In this document: positions 1 through 11,582 of the stretch, one piece after another
How the letters are laid out: every line of letters begins with the position of its first letter
Position numbering within the stretch: position 1 is the first letter of the stretch
Assembly: GCA_030390025.1 (NCBI GenBank)
Contig: CM059432.1
Span: 146,384,001 to 146,448,000 of the forward strand
DNA: 64,000 nt
Direction of reading: 5' to 3'
Source of the DNA: Squalus acanthias
Lineage: Eukaryota
Translations under genes and position numbers: made by a program
The notes under the pieces: model-generated
Database searches by the model: none
Told to the model about the DNA's origin: nothing
What the model saw: the letters and a program-made list of their open reading frames with translations, nothing else

Positions 1-375
1 TTCAATTCTGTCCCTCTAGAAATGAATCCCAGTGTTTGGTTTGCTATTTTTATGGCCCTATTAACCTGCGCCGTTACTTTTAGTGATTTGTGAATGTGTA
101 CCCCTAGATCCCTTTGCTCCACTACTCCATTTAGACTCTTACTAACCAAGCAATATGTGGCCTCTTTATTCTTCCTACCAAAATGCACCACCTCACCTCG
201 CCAATTACATGCCCATTCTGGAAGTTTATTAATATCCTCTTGTATTTTGTCAAAATCTTTCTTTGTGTTAATCACACCCCCCAATTTGATGTCATCCACA
301 AAGTTTGAAAATGTATTTTCAAATCCGAAGTGCAAATCGTTAATGTAAATTGTGAACAACAGTGGTCCTAGCACC
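1..375 (-). mobile_element. CR1 LINE ORF2 (RT region) fragment, degraded
   Basis: Reverse strand resembles the CR1 RT C-terminal region seen in better-preserved copies in this window (e.g. 13740-14148). Confidence 0.8.
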
Positions 376-578
376 TGTTCGGCATTGTCTACAGACCTCA
401 TGAATGTAGTGATGTAGTGGCGGATGTATAAATACAAAGGTCAGGGAAGCATGTAGTGGAAACAATGCGGTTATGATAGGAGATTTTAATTTTCACATAG
501 ACTGAGAGAAACAGAACAGCTCAAGCAGTAAAGGCAATGAGTTTCCAGAATGTATTTGGGACACTTTCCAACAACAAT

Positions 579-2065
579 GGACTAAAAATTTGGTTGCGTA
601 GCGCCGGTTGTTTTGGCGCTACGGGTGCTGAATTAGCTCAAATGACATCCAAGCAGCGCATGCAAGCTTCTGGTGTGGGTCGCGCTGGACGCCATTTTGG
701 TGAGGGCATTAGCATCGGTGCTGGGAGCGTGCTCCGTGAGTAGGCAGATTGTAACGTCAGTCAGCGTGTAACACTGATTTGACGCCAGCGCTGCCATTTT
801 CAACCTCCACGCTGGAGCTAACGCTGGAGCCCTCTCTTAACCTCGCAGAGCTGAACATGCATTCAGCAGCAGGAAGGACTCCACACCAGCGCTGTTTAAA
901 GGGATCATCACCTACTTACAGGTTGATTGATTTCTACTAGCTGTTGCTGAGTTTGTGGAAGCGTTTGGTGTTTTCTAGACTTTGTTAAAGTTGTCTGAAG
1001 TCTACAAGGAGTGGTGTGGCACCTGCTCAAGGACTTGGTACTGATTTGCAAGGCTTCTGCTCAGACCAGTTGCTGCCAGACATGGCCTGCAGCATGATGG
1101 GGGAGAATGAGCAGAGGCGACACAGAGCAGGACAAGCTGCAAGAAGAGGCAGGAGGGAGAGAAGGGCCCTCAGCAGGAGGCCAGACCCACCCAAAGTCTT
1201 CAGGAAGCAATTCTCCCACCGCCACCTCAGCGAGGAACAGTGTGTGCGATGTCTCGGTTTTACGAAGGAGGTGCTCACTGAAATCTGCCACCTGTTGCAG
1301 GCAGACCTGCCGCCTCAGTCCTGGATGAGGAAGGCATTGCCAGTGGCTGTTAACGCGACGGTGGCCTTGAACTTCATTGCTTCCAGGCTGGAGCAGGCGA
1401 TATTTGTAGCATCTCCCAGTTCACCATCCACTCATGTATAAGAGAGGTGAGTGAGGCTCTGTATGCAAGGAGAGTTGAATACATTTCATTCTCTCTTGCC
1501 AGAGAGAAGCAGGTGGAGCAAGCACACGGCTTTGCCAGGATAGCAGGCTTCCTCATGGAGCACGCTGCCATTGACTACACACACGTCACTTTGTGGGTTC
1601 CGCATGTGAATTCGGACATGTACCGCAACCGAAAGGGATTCTACACCCTCAGTGTTCAGCTGGTGTGCGACCATAATCGGCGCACCATGCAAGTCAATGC
1701 TCGGTATCCTGGCAGCAGCCATAATGCCTTCATTCTGCAGCAGTACCATCAGTATTTCAGCCATTACGACAAACTAGAGGGTGGCTACTGGGCGACAAGG
1801 GCTATCCGCTGACCACCTGGCTCGTGGCTTTGCAACACAACCCACGCTCACGTGGGCAGCATGCATGCAATGAAAACCATGTGGAATTTGAAAGAGCAGA
1901 CCATTGGCGTTCTTAGACGACGCTTCCGCTGCCTGGGCCGCTCTGGAGGAGCCCTGCAGTACTCACCAGAACGCACATCTCAAGATTCGTTGTGGTCTGC
2001 TGCAGGCTCCACACAACCTCGCCCTCATGAGGGCACAGCCCTTGCCACCAGGCTTATGGTGACCA
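579..2065 (+). mobile_element. PIF/Harbinger element, left end plus degraded transposase; right end missing
   Basis: Starts with TIR-like GGACTAAAAATT. Its 5' region is homologous to 38380-38800 and 59576-60090. Transposase motifs [48 protein letters not shown] are spread over several frames. Confidence 0.85.
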
Positions 2066-2296
2066 GCTTCACTTCTGTAGTTAAGCAACCATGGTCAATA
2101 AACGAGGTAAGAGACAATATCAAACTAAAATAAAAAGCTTAAACAAATGCAAGGAAAAGTGGAAATCCAGTGGACTGGGGAAGCTATAAAAAGCAACAAT
2201 GGAATACGAAGAAAATATTCAGAAGTACATTAAGGGAATATGAAAAAAATTGCAAGGGATATCAAAGCTAACAGCAATAGTTTTTATAAATATATT

Positions 2297-3060
2297 GGCC
2301 CGAAAATTAGACCTAATACGGGAGAGTACGCACTGTGTACTCTCGCGTATTCGGTCCCGAAGTGCCGGTTTCCTGCATGCACTGCGCATGCGCGGGAAAC
2401 TGGCACTTCGGGTATTGCGAAGGGGGCGGTTCCTAAGTGAACCGCGTGCACGCTACAGGTTGTGCGCACGCAGCGCACTTAGTTTTTTTTTCAGGTTTGA
2501 ACGCGCAGGTAAGTGGTGAAGATTTTACACATAAAGAAAGCAGGTGTAGGACCCCCTTTTAACAAGGTAAGTAGTTAATTAAGTATTATTTTAAATTTTT
2601 TTCAACAGGTTTATCTTTTTTAGAGACTTTAAAGAAAGGTAAGTTTATTTTTATAACTTTTAAAAAGAATTTAAATTTTTTCAAAAATTTAAATTTTTGT
2701 TTAAAGTGGTTAATTTATTTAACTATAGTTATTTTATTAATGGGATGACTTTTTTTTAAATTTAATTGAGGTTTAGCTGTTCTTTTGGGGGCTTGTTGTA
2801 TTCATAGTTTTGACAGCTCTTGCTGTCAAAACTATGAATGAAAGATAGTGTGCTGCCATTGGCTCTCCATGCCCACGTGATCCCAGAGGTCGCATCGCAC
2901 TAACTGCGCCTCTGGGACATGCACACACTGCGCGCCGGCACCAGGGAGAGGCCCAGGAACTGAAGTTCGTGTGGGCCAAAACCATAAAGGTCGGCGCGGA
3001 GTGCGATATCGCGGGGGATCCTTACCCCCGCGGCAACCATCGAACTCCAATTTCTGGGCC
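2297..3060 (+). mobile_element. Non-autonomous Harbinger-type MITE (family A, copy 1)
   Basis: Imperfect TIRs GGCCCGAAAATT / AATTTCTGGGCC, 3-bp TSD ATT, inserted in CR1. Homologous over its full length to 34697-35462. Confidence 0.85.
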
Positions 3061-3802
3061 ATTAAGAAAAATAGAATGAGAATCCATTAAAGCCAGATGC
3101 AGGTGATATAATGGAAAATAGGACATGGTAGACTTGTTAAAAGGGTACTTTGTATTCATTTTCACAGTGGATGTAGAGTACAAAATACCAGCGGTACACG
3201 GGAATTAAAAAATAAGTCAAGGTAAGCATTTTCATGGATATAATATATGTTAAAAAAGCTATAATGAGAAGAATAATGGGACTTAAATAGACAAGTCTCC
3301 AGGCCCTGATGGTTTCCACCCCAGGGAATAGATTATGAAATTGCAGGTGCATTACTCATAATTTTCTAAAGCTATCTACATTCAGGAATTGTACCTTTTG
3401 GATTGCAAAATTTCAAATGTCATTCTGTCATTTAAGAAGGGGGGGGAGGGAGAAACCAGGTAACCTGTCAGTTTAACGTCAATTGTGGGGAAGTTACTGG
3501 AATCAATCACTGTGACAGAGTGACTGAACACTTGGACATGTCCCAGCTGATGAAAGTGAGTCAGCATGGATTGGTACAGGGTACCGCATGTCTGACTAAT
3601 CTAGTTTAATTTTTTAAAAGGTCACTGGCACGATGTATGGAGGAGTGTCTATGGATATTGTCTATATCGACTTCCAGAAACCATTTTATAAGTTTCCGCA
3701 CAAGTGCTTATTAGCAAAACTGAGAACATACGGAATTGGAGGTAACCATGGGACATGGGTTGGTAATTGATTGAGAGATAGGAGACAGAGAGTAGGGATA
3801 AA

Positions 3803-4553
3803 GGTCTGGATTTTGTGGTGGTAATGATGGCGAAACTGTCAGCGTTGGGCGTCATTACTCCTCTGAAAGCTTCTGTAATCAGTTGCAAGCACAGATAAAC
3901 ATGGAAATGCAGAAGTTGCTGTCAATCATTCCCTGCTCCTCCGCAGGTTGCACTGTGGAACTCCCCAGAGCTGGCAATCAATTCAGATCACGATTGCTAG
4001 CAAACTTCCCCTATTACTCTGGACTATCGCTGTTCAACCCCCTCCCCCCCAATACCCCCCAAAAAAGTTAAGCCTTGTTGAAAGAGGTATAACTGGGTTT
4101 TTAGCGGCATATTGACTGCTGAACAACAGTTCTGGCCCTGAAAAACTAATTTTATATTTGTGGAATATCAATTTCTTCCATTAATATAAGAATTACATGA
4201 TTAAACAAACTTTAAAAAAAAAATTATTATGATATTTCAGTTTCTACCTTAATCCCAATGTGACCCAATCTTTATTTCGCTCTCTGTGAAATTTATAAAA
4301 ATATAAATTATAATCTGTGCAATTTACTTCCTGGTTTCCCCTCTGAGAATTCTTCAGTGCGATTGGCTGCTTAGCCAGCTTGCTGACATCACTGTTGCTG
4401 GACGCTGAAGATTCGCTTGCTTTGACGGCAGATTCGAACTCAGGTCGGGAGAGCTGAAATTCACGCTACAGAAATCGCTCGATCGTCGTGGGCCGATTCT
4501 TTGAGGTCAGCGGCGAGCACCGTCACTTCGCCGCTCACCGCAAATTCTGGGCC
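3803..4553. mobile_element. Non-autonomous Harbinger-type MITE
   Basis: Imperfect TIRs GGTCTGGATTTTGTGGTG / CACCGCAAATTCTGGGCC. Interrupts CR1 at 'GGGATAAA|..|AATGGG'. Confidence 0.7.
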
Positions 4554-5208
4554 AATGGGTTGTGATTGGTGGGATCTGAACTGGGGGCCTCGGCTTTTCA
4601 CTATATATATTAATGACTCGGCTGAAGGAATAGAGAGTTTGTTGATTCAAGTTTGCTGCTGACACAGGGGCCGCGATTTTGCCGGCGCTCAGCGGGCGGG
4701 TTTGGAGGGCGAGTCCGGAGTTAAAATCCAAAATGATTGACGGTGGGTTGCGAACCCACCGCCATCCCGCCTCCACGCAACGTTGCAAAGTGTCGGGTCT
4801 GCGAGTCCCGATCAGACCTGACGCCAAGCGGCGGGCGAGGCACTGAAGGCCGTTAACAGCTTGTTAACTGCCTGGATAATCCGATTTTAAGAGGCTCGTC
4901 CCATTTTAGTACCTTTTCAGCGTGTTCCCCGTCGTGCAACAAACACGCCAGCTGATTGTGCCGGGTTCAGCAACTCGCTGAATACTTGAGAGCTGCTCCT
5001 GCAGCTTAAAAGCGGACCTGTAACATGGCTGACTTTCAGATGGCAGAACTTTGTGTTTTGAGTTTTGGAACACATTTTGCAGGTCTATTGAGCTTGTAAG
5101 TGTTTAAGCTGAGAACCATATGCACCGTGACCCCCTTGGAAAACCCTCTCCCCACATTGACTGAGTGCTTATAACATCTCTTCCTCAACTGAGATATATA
5201 CCAGCGGA

Positions 5209-6376
5209 ATGGGAACCATTTATACTCTCTCATCCTGGTCCTCAGAATCGGAGGAAGAGCAGCCGCGGCAGCAGCAGAACCAGGCACAACAGCAGGAGCG
5301 CCAACCTTCTCCTCAGCCACCTGATGCTGCACAGGTCAGAGGGCGTCAGCACAGGGCTGCACCTCGCCGCAGGAGATACCCCCAACACAGGGTTTACAGG
5401 CAGAGGATGAGCTTCCTCAACATGAGTGAGCAGCAGTGCCAAAGGAGGCTGCGACTTTCACGAGAGGTAGTTGCTGACATCTGCACAATGCTGCACCAAC
5501 ACCTGGAGCCCAGAGGAGCGGGTGGACACTCCTTACCAGTGGCTGTCAAAGTCACCACCGTCCTCAACTACTTTGCTTCAGGGTCCTTCCAGGGATCAGC
5601 AACAGATATCAGCGGCATCTCTCAGTCAGCTGCACACACTTGCATCACACAGGTTATCGATGCCCTCTTTGCAAAGTTGCACAATTACATCCACTTCTCC
5701 ACGGATGAAGCAAGTGTAACCTCGCGTGTGTTTGGCTTTGCAAATATGGCAGGCTTCCCAAGGGTGCAGGGCGTCGTCGACTGCACACATGTGGCCTTAA
5801 GGGCCCCCCATCACAACCCAGCTGCATTTGTCAGCCGCAAGAGCTACCACTCCCTTACTGTCCAGCTGGTATGTAACCACAGGAAGATCATTATGCATGT
5901 TTGAGCCAAGTACCCTGGCAGTTGCTATGACTCGTTCATCCTGTGGCAGTCTACTGTGCCTCAGCTGTTCAATCCGCCAACACAACTTTCTGGATGGCTA
6001 CTTGGAGACAAGGGCTATCCCCTGAAGACGTGGCTAATGACACCGATGAGGAGGCCATCAAACGAAGCTGAGGAGCACTACAATGTGAGCCACATTTCCA
6101 CCAGAAGCATCATAGAACAAACCATCGGCTTGCTCAAAATGCGATTCAGATGCCTCAACGGATCTGGTGGAGCCCTACTGCACTCACCAGCCAGGGTCTC
6201 CAGAATCATCGTGGTCTGCTGTGGACTGCACAACATCGCTGCCTGAGGAACAAGTGGAGGAGGAGGTGGCAGATGAGGAAGACCTTGCGGAGGCGCATGT
6301 GCCAGTTCCACCAGCATGTGAGCACATTGCTGGCCGTGAGGCAAGGGATACACTAATCCATGCCAGATTCGCGTAA
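5209..6376 (+). pseudogene. Harbinger DDE transposase (HARBI1-like family), nearly intact
   Basis: Catalytic motifs [22 protein letters not shown]. An in-frame TGA at 5902-5904 is followed by AKYPGS in the same frame to 6246; the acidic tail is frameshifted to 6376. Confidence 0.92.
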
Positions 6377-6660
6377 GTTTACGCAGCAAACACATGTGGC
6401 TGGCACATGGAAATGAGTGTCTGGCCGACCTTCTTAACACACCATACAGCATCTGTATAATAAACTGTGAGTTCCTATCACTCTTACCACCATCATTACA
6501 GATGAAAGGTGCCCTGACCCCTCACTGTGACACTTCCATTTCTGAGCACACATAGGACAACTCTTTGAATCTTTGCCATCGCATTTCTTTATTACAATTG
6601 AGAAACTTCACTGCATTAGATCAAAGCACCCAAGTGACTACCCTTGTGACTATTTGTTTG

Positions 6661-7655
6661 TTAACTTTCTCTTATGTGTGCTTCTACGTGGTACTTCCCC
6701 TGTGACTTCAGCAGATGTAGAGGCACCTTGCTCACTTCCATGCTGCGCCTGCTTCGATGCCTTTGGCAGGCGTCCTCTGGGTTAGGGAGCCTGGGAGGGC
6801 TTGGAAACAGTCTGCTCCTCCTGCGGCTGTGCAGGGGCTGAGATGGCCATCTCAGTTGGGTGAGGAATCTAGGGCTCTGACCGAGGGCTCCGCAGTGGCA
6901 TGGTCGTGTGAGCACTTGGAGAGGAGCCCACTCTTCCTTGTTGTCAACCACCAACATCCCTCTCATGGATCACCCGCACTTCACTGCTAGCAAGTAGCTG
7001 GAGAGCACCTTGCTGAACATCAGTGGGGCCATGAGGACCCGTCTCTGTACTGACAGTCCTCATAACGGGGACGTCCATGTACCTCTGGTGCCTCTCCTCA
7101 TCTATCCTCCACAGCAGACCATCTATTTAGAAGATTCACCATGTTTATTTGAGTCTGGCGATTTATGTCCTCCATGGAGGTTGCCATCCTTTCCATGGCG
7201 GCACCTACATTCGCCATTGCGTACACCACGGCGTTGCTCATGTTTGAGATGGACTCCTCCATTCTCCGCACACTTGCAGTTACAGTGGTTGCAAACCCAG
7301 TCAGAGACTCCTGCACTTGTTCCTGAAGTTCCAGCACCGCTCTCTTTCTGGATGGCCCCAGAGGCACAGCGTCTACATGCAGCTGAGCAGAGTTAGGAGC
7401 ATCCTGCGCCCTCCGACGAGGACTCTCCACTGCTGTCCCTGTCTCCACCATCTGCTGATGCTCACTTGTGAGCTGTGACACACCAGGTGACAACACTAAT
7501 CTATCTCACGAATGACCCACCGAGGTGCGCACCTCTGAGCTGGTGCTGAGTGCGCTCAATTCTGCTGACGCTGCTCCCTGAGAGGCTGCAGGTTCCTCTG
7601 AGGAGTCTTCTGGCTCTTCCTCCTGGACAGTGGTGAGGGGGGCTCTCGGTGGTCC
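6661..7655 (-). pseudogene. 3' part of Harbinger Myb/SANT partner gene (5' exons deleted)
   Basis: ORF 7098-7496 (EQMVETGTAVES..RRRAQDAP) matches the partner-gene last exon at 51000-52080 and is convergent with the transposase. Confidence 0.7.
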
Positions 7656-8469
7656 TTTGGGGAGTAAAGGCATGAGTTAGACTTGTGATATTAACGTAGC
7701 AGCCACATCCCATTGTGCAGATGATCAGAACTCAATCTATATGAACATCAGATGCCATATCAGTCACTCATGAAATCTAAATGAGAGGGTTGCAAATCTA
7801 TTCTGTCAGCCAACCGCCAACCCGCCTCCTATGGCAAAATCGCGGCCTAAGTTGTCTAGACAGGAGCAGGAAGTTAAAAAGCGACATAAACCGACTAAGT
7901 GAGTGGGCAAAATGATGGCAGATGGAGCTCAATGTGGGGAAGTGTGAGATCATCGACTTTGGATCTGAGAAGTACAAATCGGAATATTTTCTTCACGTTG
8001 AGTCACTCGGAGCTGTGTCCAGAAACACATATTACTAAAAGCTCATGCACAGATACAAAAGGTAATCAAAAACACTAGTGGAATGTTAGCCTTTGTCTCA
8101 AGAGAGCGGGAATTCAAGAGTGTGGAAGAAAATGCTTCAGTTGTACAGAGGCTTGGTCTGACCCTGTCTGTGTTCACTTTTGGCCACCAAATCGCTGGAA
8201 AGTTATATTGGCCGTTATGCGCTGTAGTGCTTAATCACCAGAACTATACCAGCCAGGGCTTAAAGGGTTAAATTACGAGGACAGGTTGCTTTAACTCAGT
8301 TTGTGTTCCCTTATATTCAGATGTTTGAGGGGTGATCTAATTGAGGTGTTTAAAATGATAATGGGATTCAATCGGGCAGATACAGAAAAACTCTCTCATC
8401 TGCTGGGGGAATCCAGAACAAGAGGGAATAATCTGAAAATTAGAGCGAGGCCAGTTAGGAGTGAAATCA

Positions 8470-10314
8470 TGTAGGGAGTGGTGTGGTAGGGTCAGCTTCA
8501 GCTCTGACTTCAGTGAGCGGTTCGAATCGCTCCCACGCCCCTGGTTCTAGACCTTGGACTTATTTGGGGGTCGTGAACAAAAGGTGCAGTAGACAACAGG
8601 TTTTGCTGAAAGAACTTTAACTTTTATTCAAGAAAAGGTAAATACAACACAAACAATCTTAAAACACACTTAATACTTAAACACAGGTTGGGGAACACAC
8701 GGTACAGGCAAGGGAGAATTACAGTATACAAAACCCCTTATCCCTCTCAATCCCACTGCCTAGCTAGGTTTGATTCCAGAGGACCAGGGATAATACTCAC
8801 CACTCCTTGACAGTTCTTGACAGTTGAGGTATTTCGCGATTTCGGGGTTCACTGGGGTTTTTGGTTGTTGGGGCCTGTCGTACCCCGGACGTGGTGGAAG
8901 ACTTCAGGTGCACTCCAGGTTAGTTTGGGTCTGTCCGCTGATGCGGTAAGGTGCGTATTGGATTTATCAGGTGAGTACCCAATTTTTCTTCGTTAGAGGT
9001 AGGGTTTAGAGTTTTTTAAGGGAAAATCTTACCCAGGGGTAAGTCAGGAATAATTTGCAGCGTGGAAACTTGCGTGTCTTCGGTTTTTCCTGGTGTTGGT
9101 CTTTCGGTGGTCGCGACGGCCTGGTTCGCATCTGGTTGGTCGGTGGCGTTGTGTTGGTTGGTTCGTGGGGCCTTGGTTGCTGCGAGGCATTTGGGAACCT
9201 TTTTCCCAGTCGGGTCCGTTGATGACCCCCCTTAACTGTGGCGTGTTGTCCTTGCGTGCCTCGGTACTGTTACTAACTTAAACTGCCTCTCTGGACAGCC
9301 TTGAACTAACTTTAAGTATAGCGTTGTAACAAACCGCACGGCTCGAACAGACACCACCACAGTGTCTCTCGGGTTCCTCGTGTCTTCTTGCCCGTGGCTT
9401 TAGGCCTGCCTGCCTTCCGAAGTTCCTTGTTGCTTGGCTCTGGTGTCGAACCTGTGTGGCTCTCTTTCTTCGCTCCTTCCTCGCTTGCTTCTTGGGGGAA
9501 TAGGCCCCCAATTATACTGTTCAGGTCTATTGTGTTTTTCGCGCCAAAACTGTTTACTAATCGATTTCGCGTTAAAGTGATTTAGGTTTCAGTTGAGGCC
9601 TGTTTATCTTCACGCCAAATCTCGCTTCTTTTGTCTTAGATTTTTGGCGGGCTCGTTAAGTCTGATGACTTTAACTTCGTGTTAACTTGTCCTGATGGCT
9701 ACCGATGTCTTCCATTGAGACAGGGCCTCTATCTACCCGCCAAATCTTGCTTCTTTTGTCTTAGGTTTTTGGTGGGCTTGTTAAACTGTTCCTGTTGATA
9801 CTTGGCTAATCGGGTTTTGATGGGATGATGGGCTATGAAACTGTATACTGGCAGTTTTATTTGTTAGGAATTGTTTTCAGACTTCCAGCATCCTGTCTAG
9901 ACCTGGGGATTTCAAAAGGGGTCTTGGTTTATTCATTTTTGAATGTGTTTGTGAGGTTTTGGATGATGCTCTTCCTCCTTGGTTGGATTGCAGTGCAAAC
10001 ATCTCCCAGACAGCTTGACTTGGTCCCAATACCCAAAAGCTGTCCACTGCCTCACCACACCCCTTCCCGCAGCCTGTGTTTCTGTGACTGCAGGTTTTCC
10101 CAATGGCCCTTTTTGAAAAGGTATCTTCTCATCCAAAAGTCATTTTCCTCAGGTTTTTTCCTTCCTTGATTCTTTTCAAAATATCTTCAAAACTGCGGCT
10201 TTGACCTCAAATTCCTTCATTTCGGTCCCACCATTCCAAATTCGTGTTAAGATCCAAAAATCACCCCCTTTTAGGGTTCTATTCGAGTTTCTGGGGGATT
10301 TTGCGAAGCCTACA
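8470..10314 (-). mobile_element. Long (1845 bp) solo LTR-like insertion
   Basis: Ends TGTAGG...CCTACA with exact 4-bp TSD ATCA (8466-8469, 10315-10318) inside the CR1 3' coding region. Minus-strand AATAAA ~8625 and TATA-like ~9315. Internal ~47-bp direct repeat (9613, 9738). Confidence 0.75.
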
Positions 10315-10544
10315 ATCAGCAGGCATTTTGTCACGCAAAGGGTAGTGGAAATCTGGAACTTTCTCCCCCAAAAGGCTGTATCAATTGAAATTTTCAAGAC
10401 TAAGCTCGATAGATTTTTGTTAGGTAAGGATATGAAGAGATATGGAACAATGGTAAGTAAACAGAGTTGAGACACAAACTAACCATGATCTAATTAAATG
10501 TCAGAACAAGCTGTTCCTATGTTCCAATAATAAATTAGAATTCA

Positions 10545-10790
10545 CTCATCCATCCCACCGCAGTGAACACCAACTTGTGTAATCTGAGAAGAGACATTTT
10601 AAATGCACTGTCAGTGAAAAGAGCTTTAGCGGATAAAGTGATCTGCTGAAACACCAGAACACTCGCATGCCGGAGAGGCCATTCACCTGCTCCATGTGTG
10701 GGAAGGAAGGGATTCACTTGTTAATCCCAGCTCATTGAACACCGACTGGTAAGTGCACTCTGATAAGAGACCTTTTAAATGTACTGAGCA
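10545..10790 (+). pseudogene. C2H2 zinc-finger array relic (~3 fingers)
   Basis: Hand translation: HQLV*SEKRHFKCTVSEKSFSG*SDLLKHQNT..ERPFTCSMCGK/GFTC*SQLIEHRLV/HSDKRPFKCTE, with stops and frameshifts. Confidence 0.75.
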
Positions 10791-11435
10791 TTGACTGAGA
10801 TAACCAGGAAGTATTGTAAAAAACATTATTTGCCAAGGTGGAGACTCGGGACACCTGACAGATGAGCACTGTTTGAACAAGCCGACTATTGATGTCACAA
10901 TTGCAGCTCAGTTGTGCAGCTGTTTATTATGGGCGTGCAAGGTTGAGCTCTCTAGAGTTGCACGGTGTCGGGGTTGATTTCGGAACCTAGCAAAAATGTA
11001 ATCTTCAAAAATCACAGGCATTTGGCCGGTAGACAAGGCAGGAAGAGAATGACACATTTGCAGCATCAAACCACAGTGGGACATGATCTTTAATTCTGAA
11101 ACCTGCTGTGTAATACTGACTTTATAATCTGAAATTGCATCAAATTGAGTCATTCTAATTGTACGCTTAAAGAATTTTCCAGGGAGGAGTTTGTCAATGT
11201 TCTCTTCAAATGCATTTACGAATCTATCATGTCCCTAACCCCAACGAGGAAAATTTCAATCTGTAATTATTATAATAATAATTTATAAATCCTTACTCGA
11301 GGCATTTATTTCAGCACAAACCAGTTCTGCAAAGTGTTCGATATTTTAAAGTGGTTTAAATAGTAGTATCCCAGCATGCTTTGCTTTAGCATTTTAGCCA
11401 GCAAGCAAATGTGAGAAAAAGGGGAAGTTGAATCT

Positions 11436-11439
<4 letters not shown>

Positions 11440-11469
<30 letters not shown>
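11440..11469. repeat. (TG)n microsatellite
   Basis: About 15 TG units. Confidence 0.95.
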
Positions 11470-11471
<2 letters not shown>

Positions 11472-11582
11472 CAAAAGACAGTTTGGAAACTCAAAGACAA
11501 AAAATACTGAAATGATAAACACCCAGGTCAAGAGATAACTCCTACCTAGACAAGAGACTAGTTGCTAGGAAAGCCACATACC

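Larger units (their letters stand above)
4668..7848 (+). mobile_element. PIF/Harbinger transposon with both TIRs
   Basis: 15-bp TIR GGCCGCGATTTTGCC (4669-4683) / GGCAAAATCGCGGCC (7833-7847). Inserted just after the CR1 FADDT-like codons. Transposase on +, Myb-gene remnant on -. Confidence 0.92.
440..10525 (+). mobile_element. Old CR1 LINE ORF2 split by five later insertions (579-2065, 2297-3060, 3803-4553, 4668-7848, 8470-10314)
   Basis: Colinear pieces between the insertions: endonuclease 'MIGDFNF' (~470), linker 'QPWSINEVRDNIKLK' (~2085), RT 'FTIYIND..KFAADT' (~4600-4666), C-terminal 'FVTQRVVEIWNFLP' (~10330). Confidence 0.75.

Noticed and set aside
5209..6376. Domesticated HARBI1 or NAIF1/MSANTD host genes
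   Set aside because: Multiple disrupted copies bounded by TIRs and TSDs indicate transposon copies.
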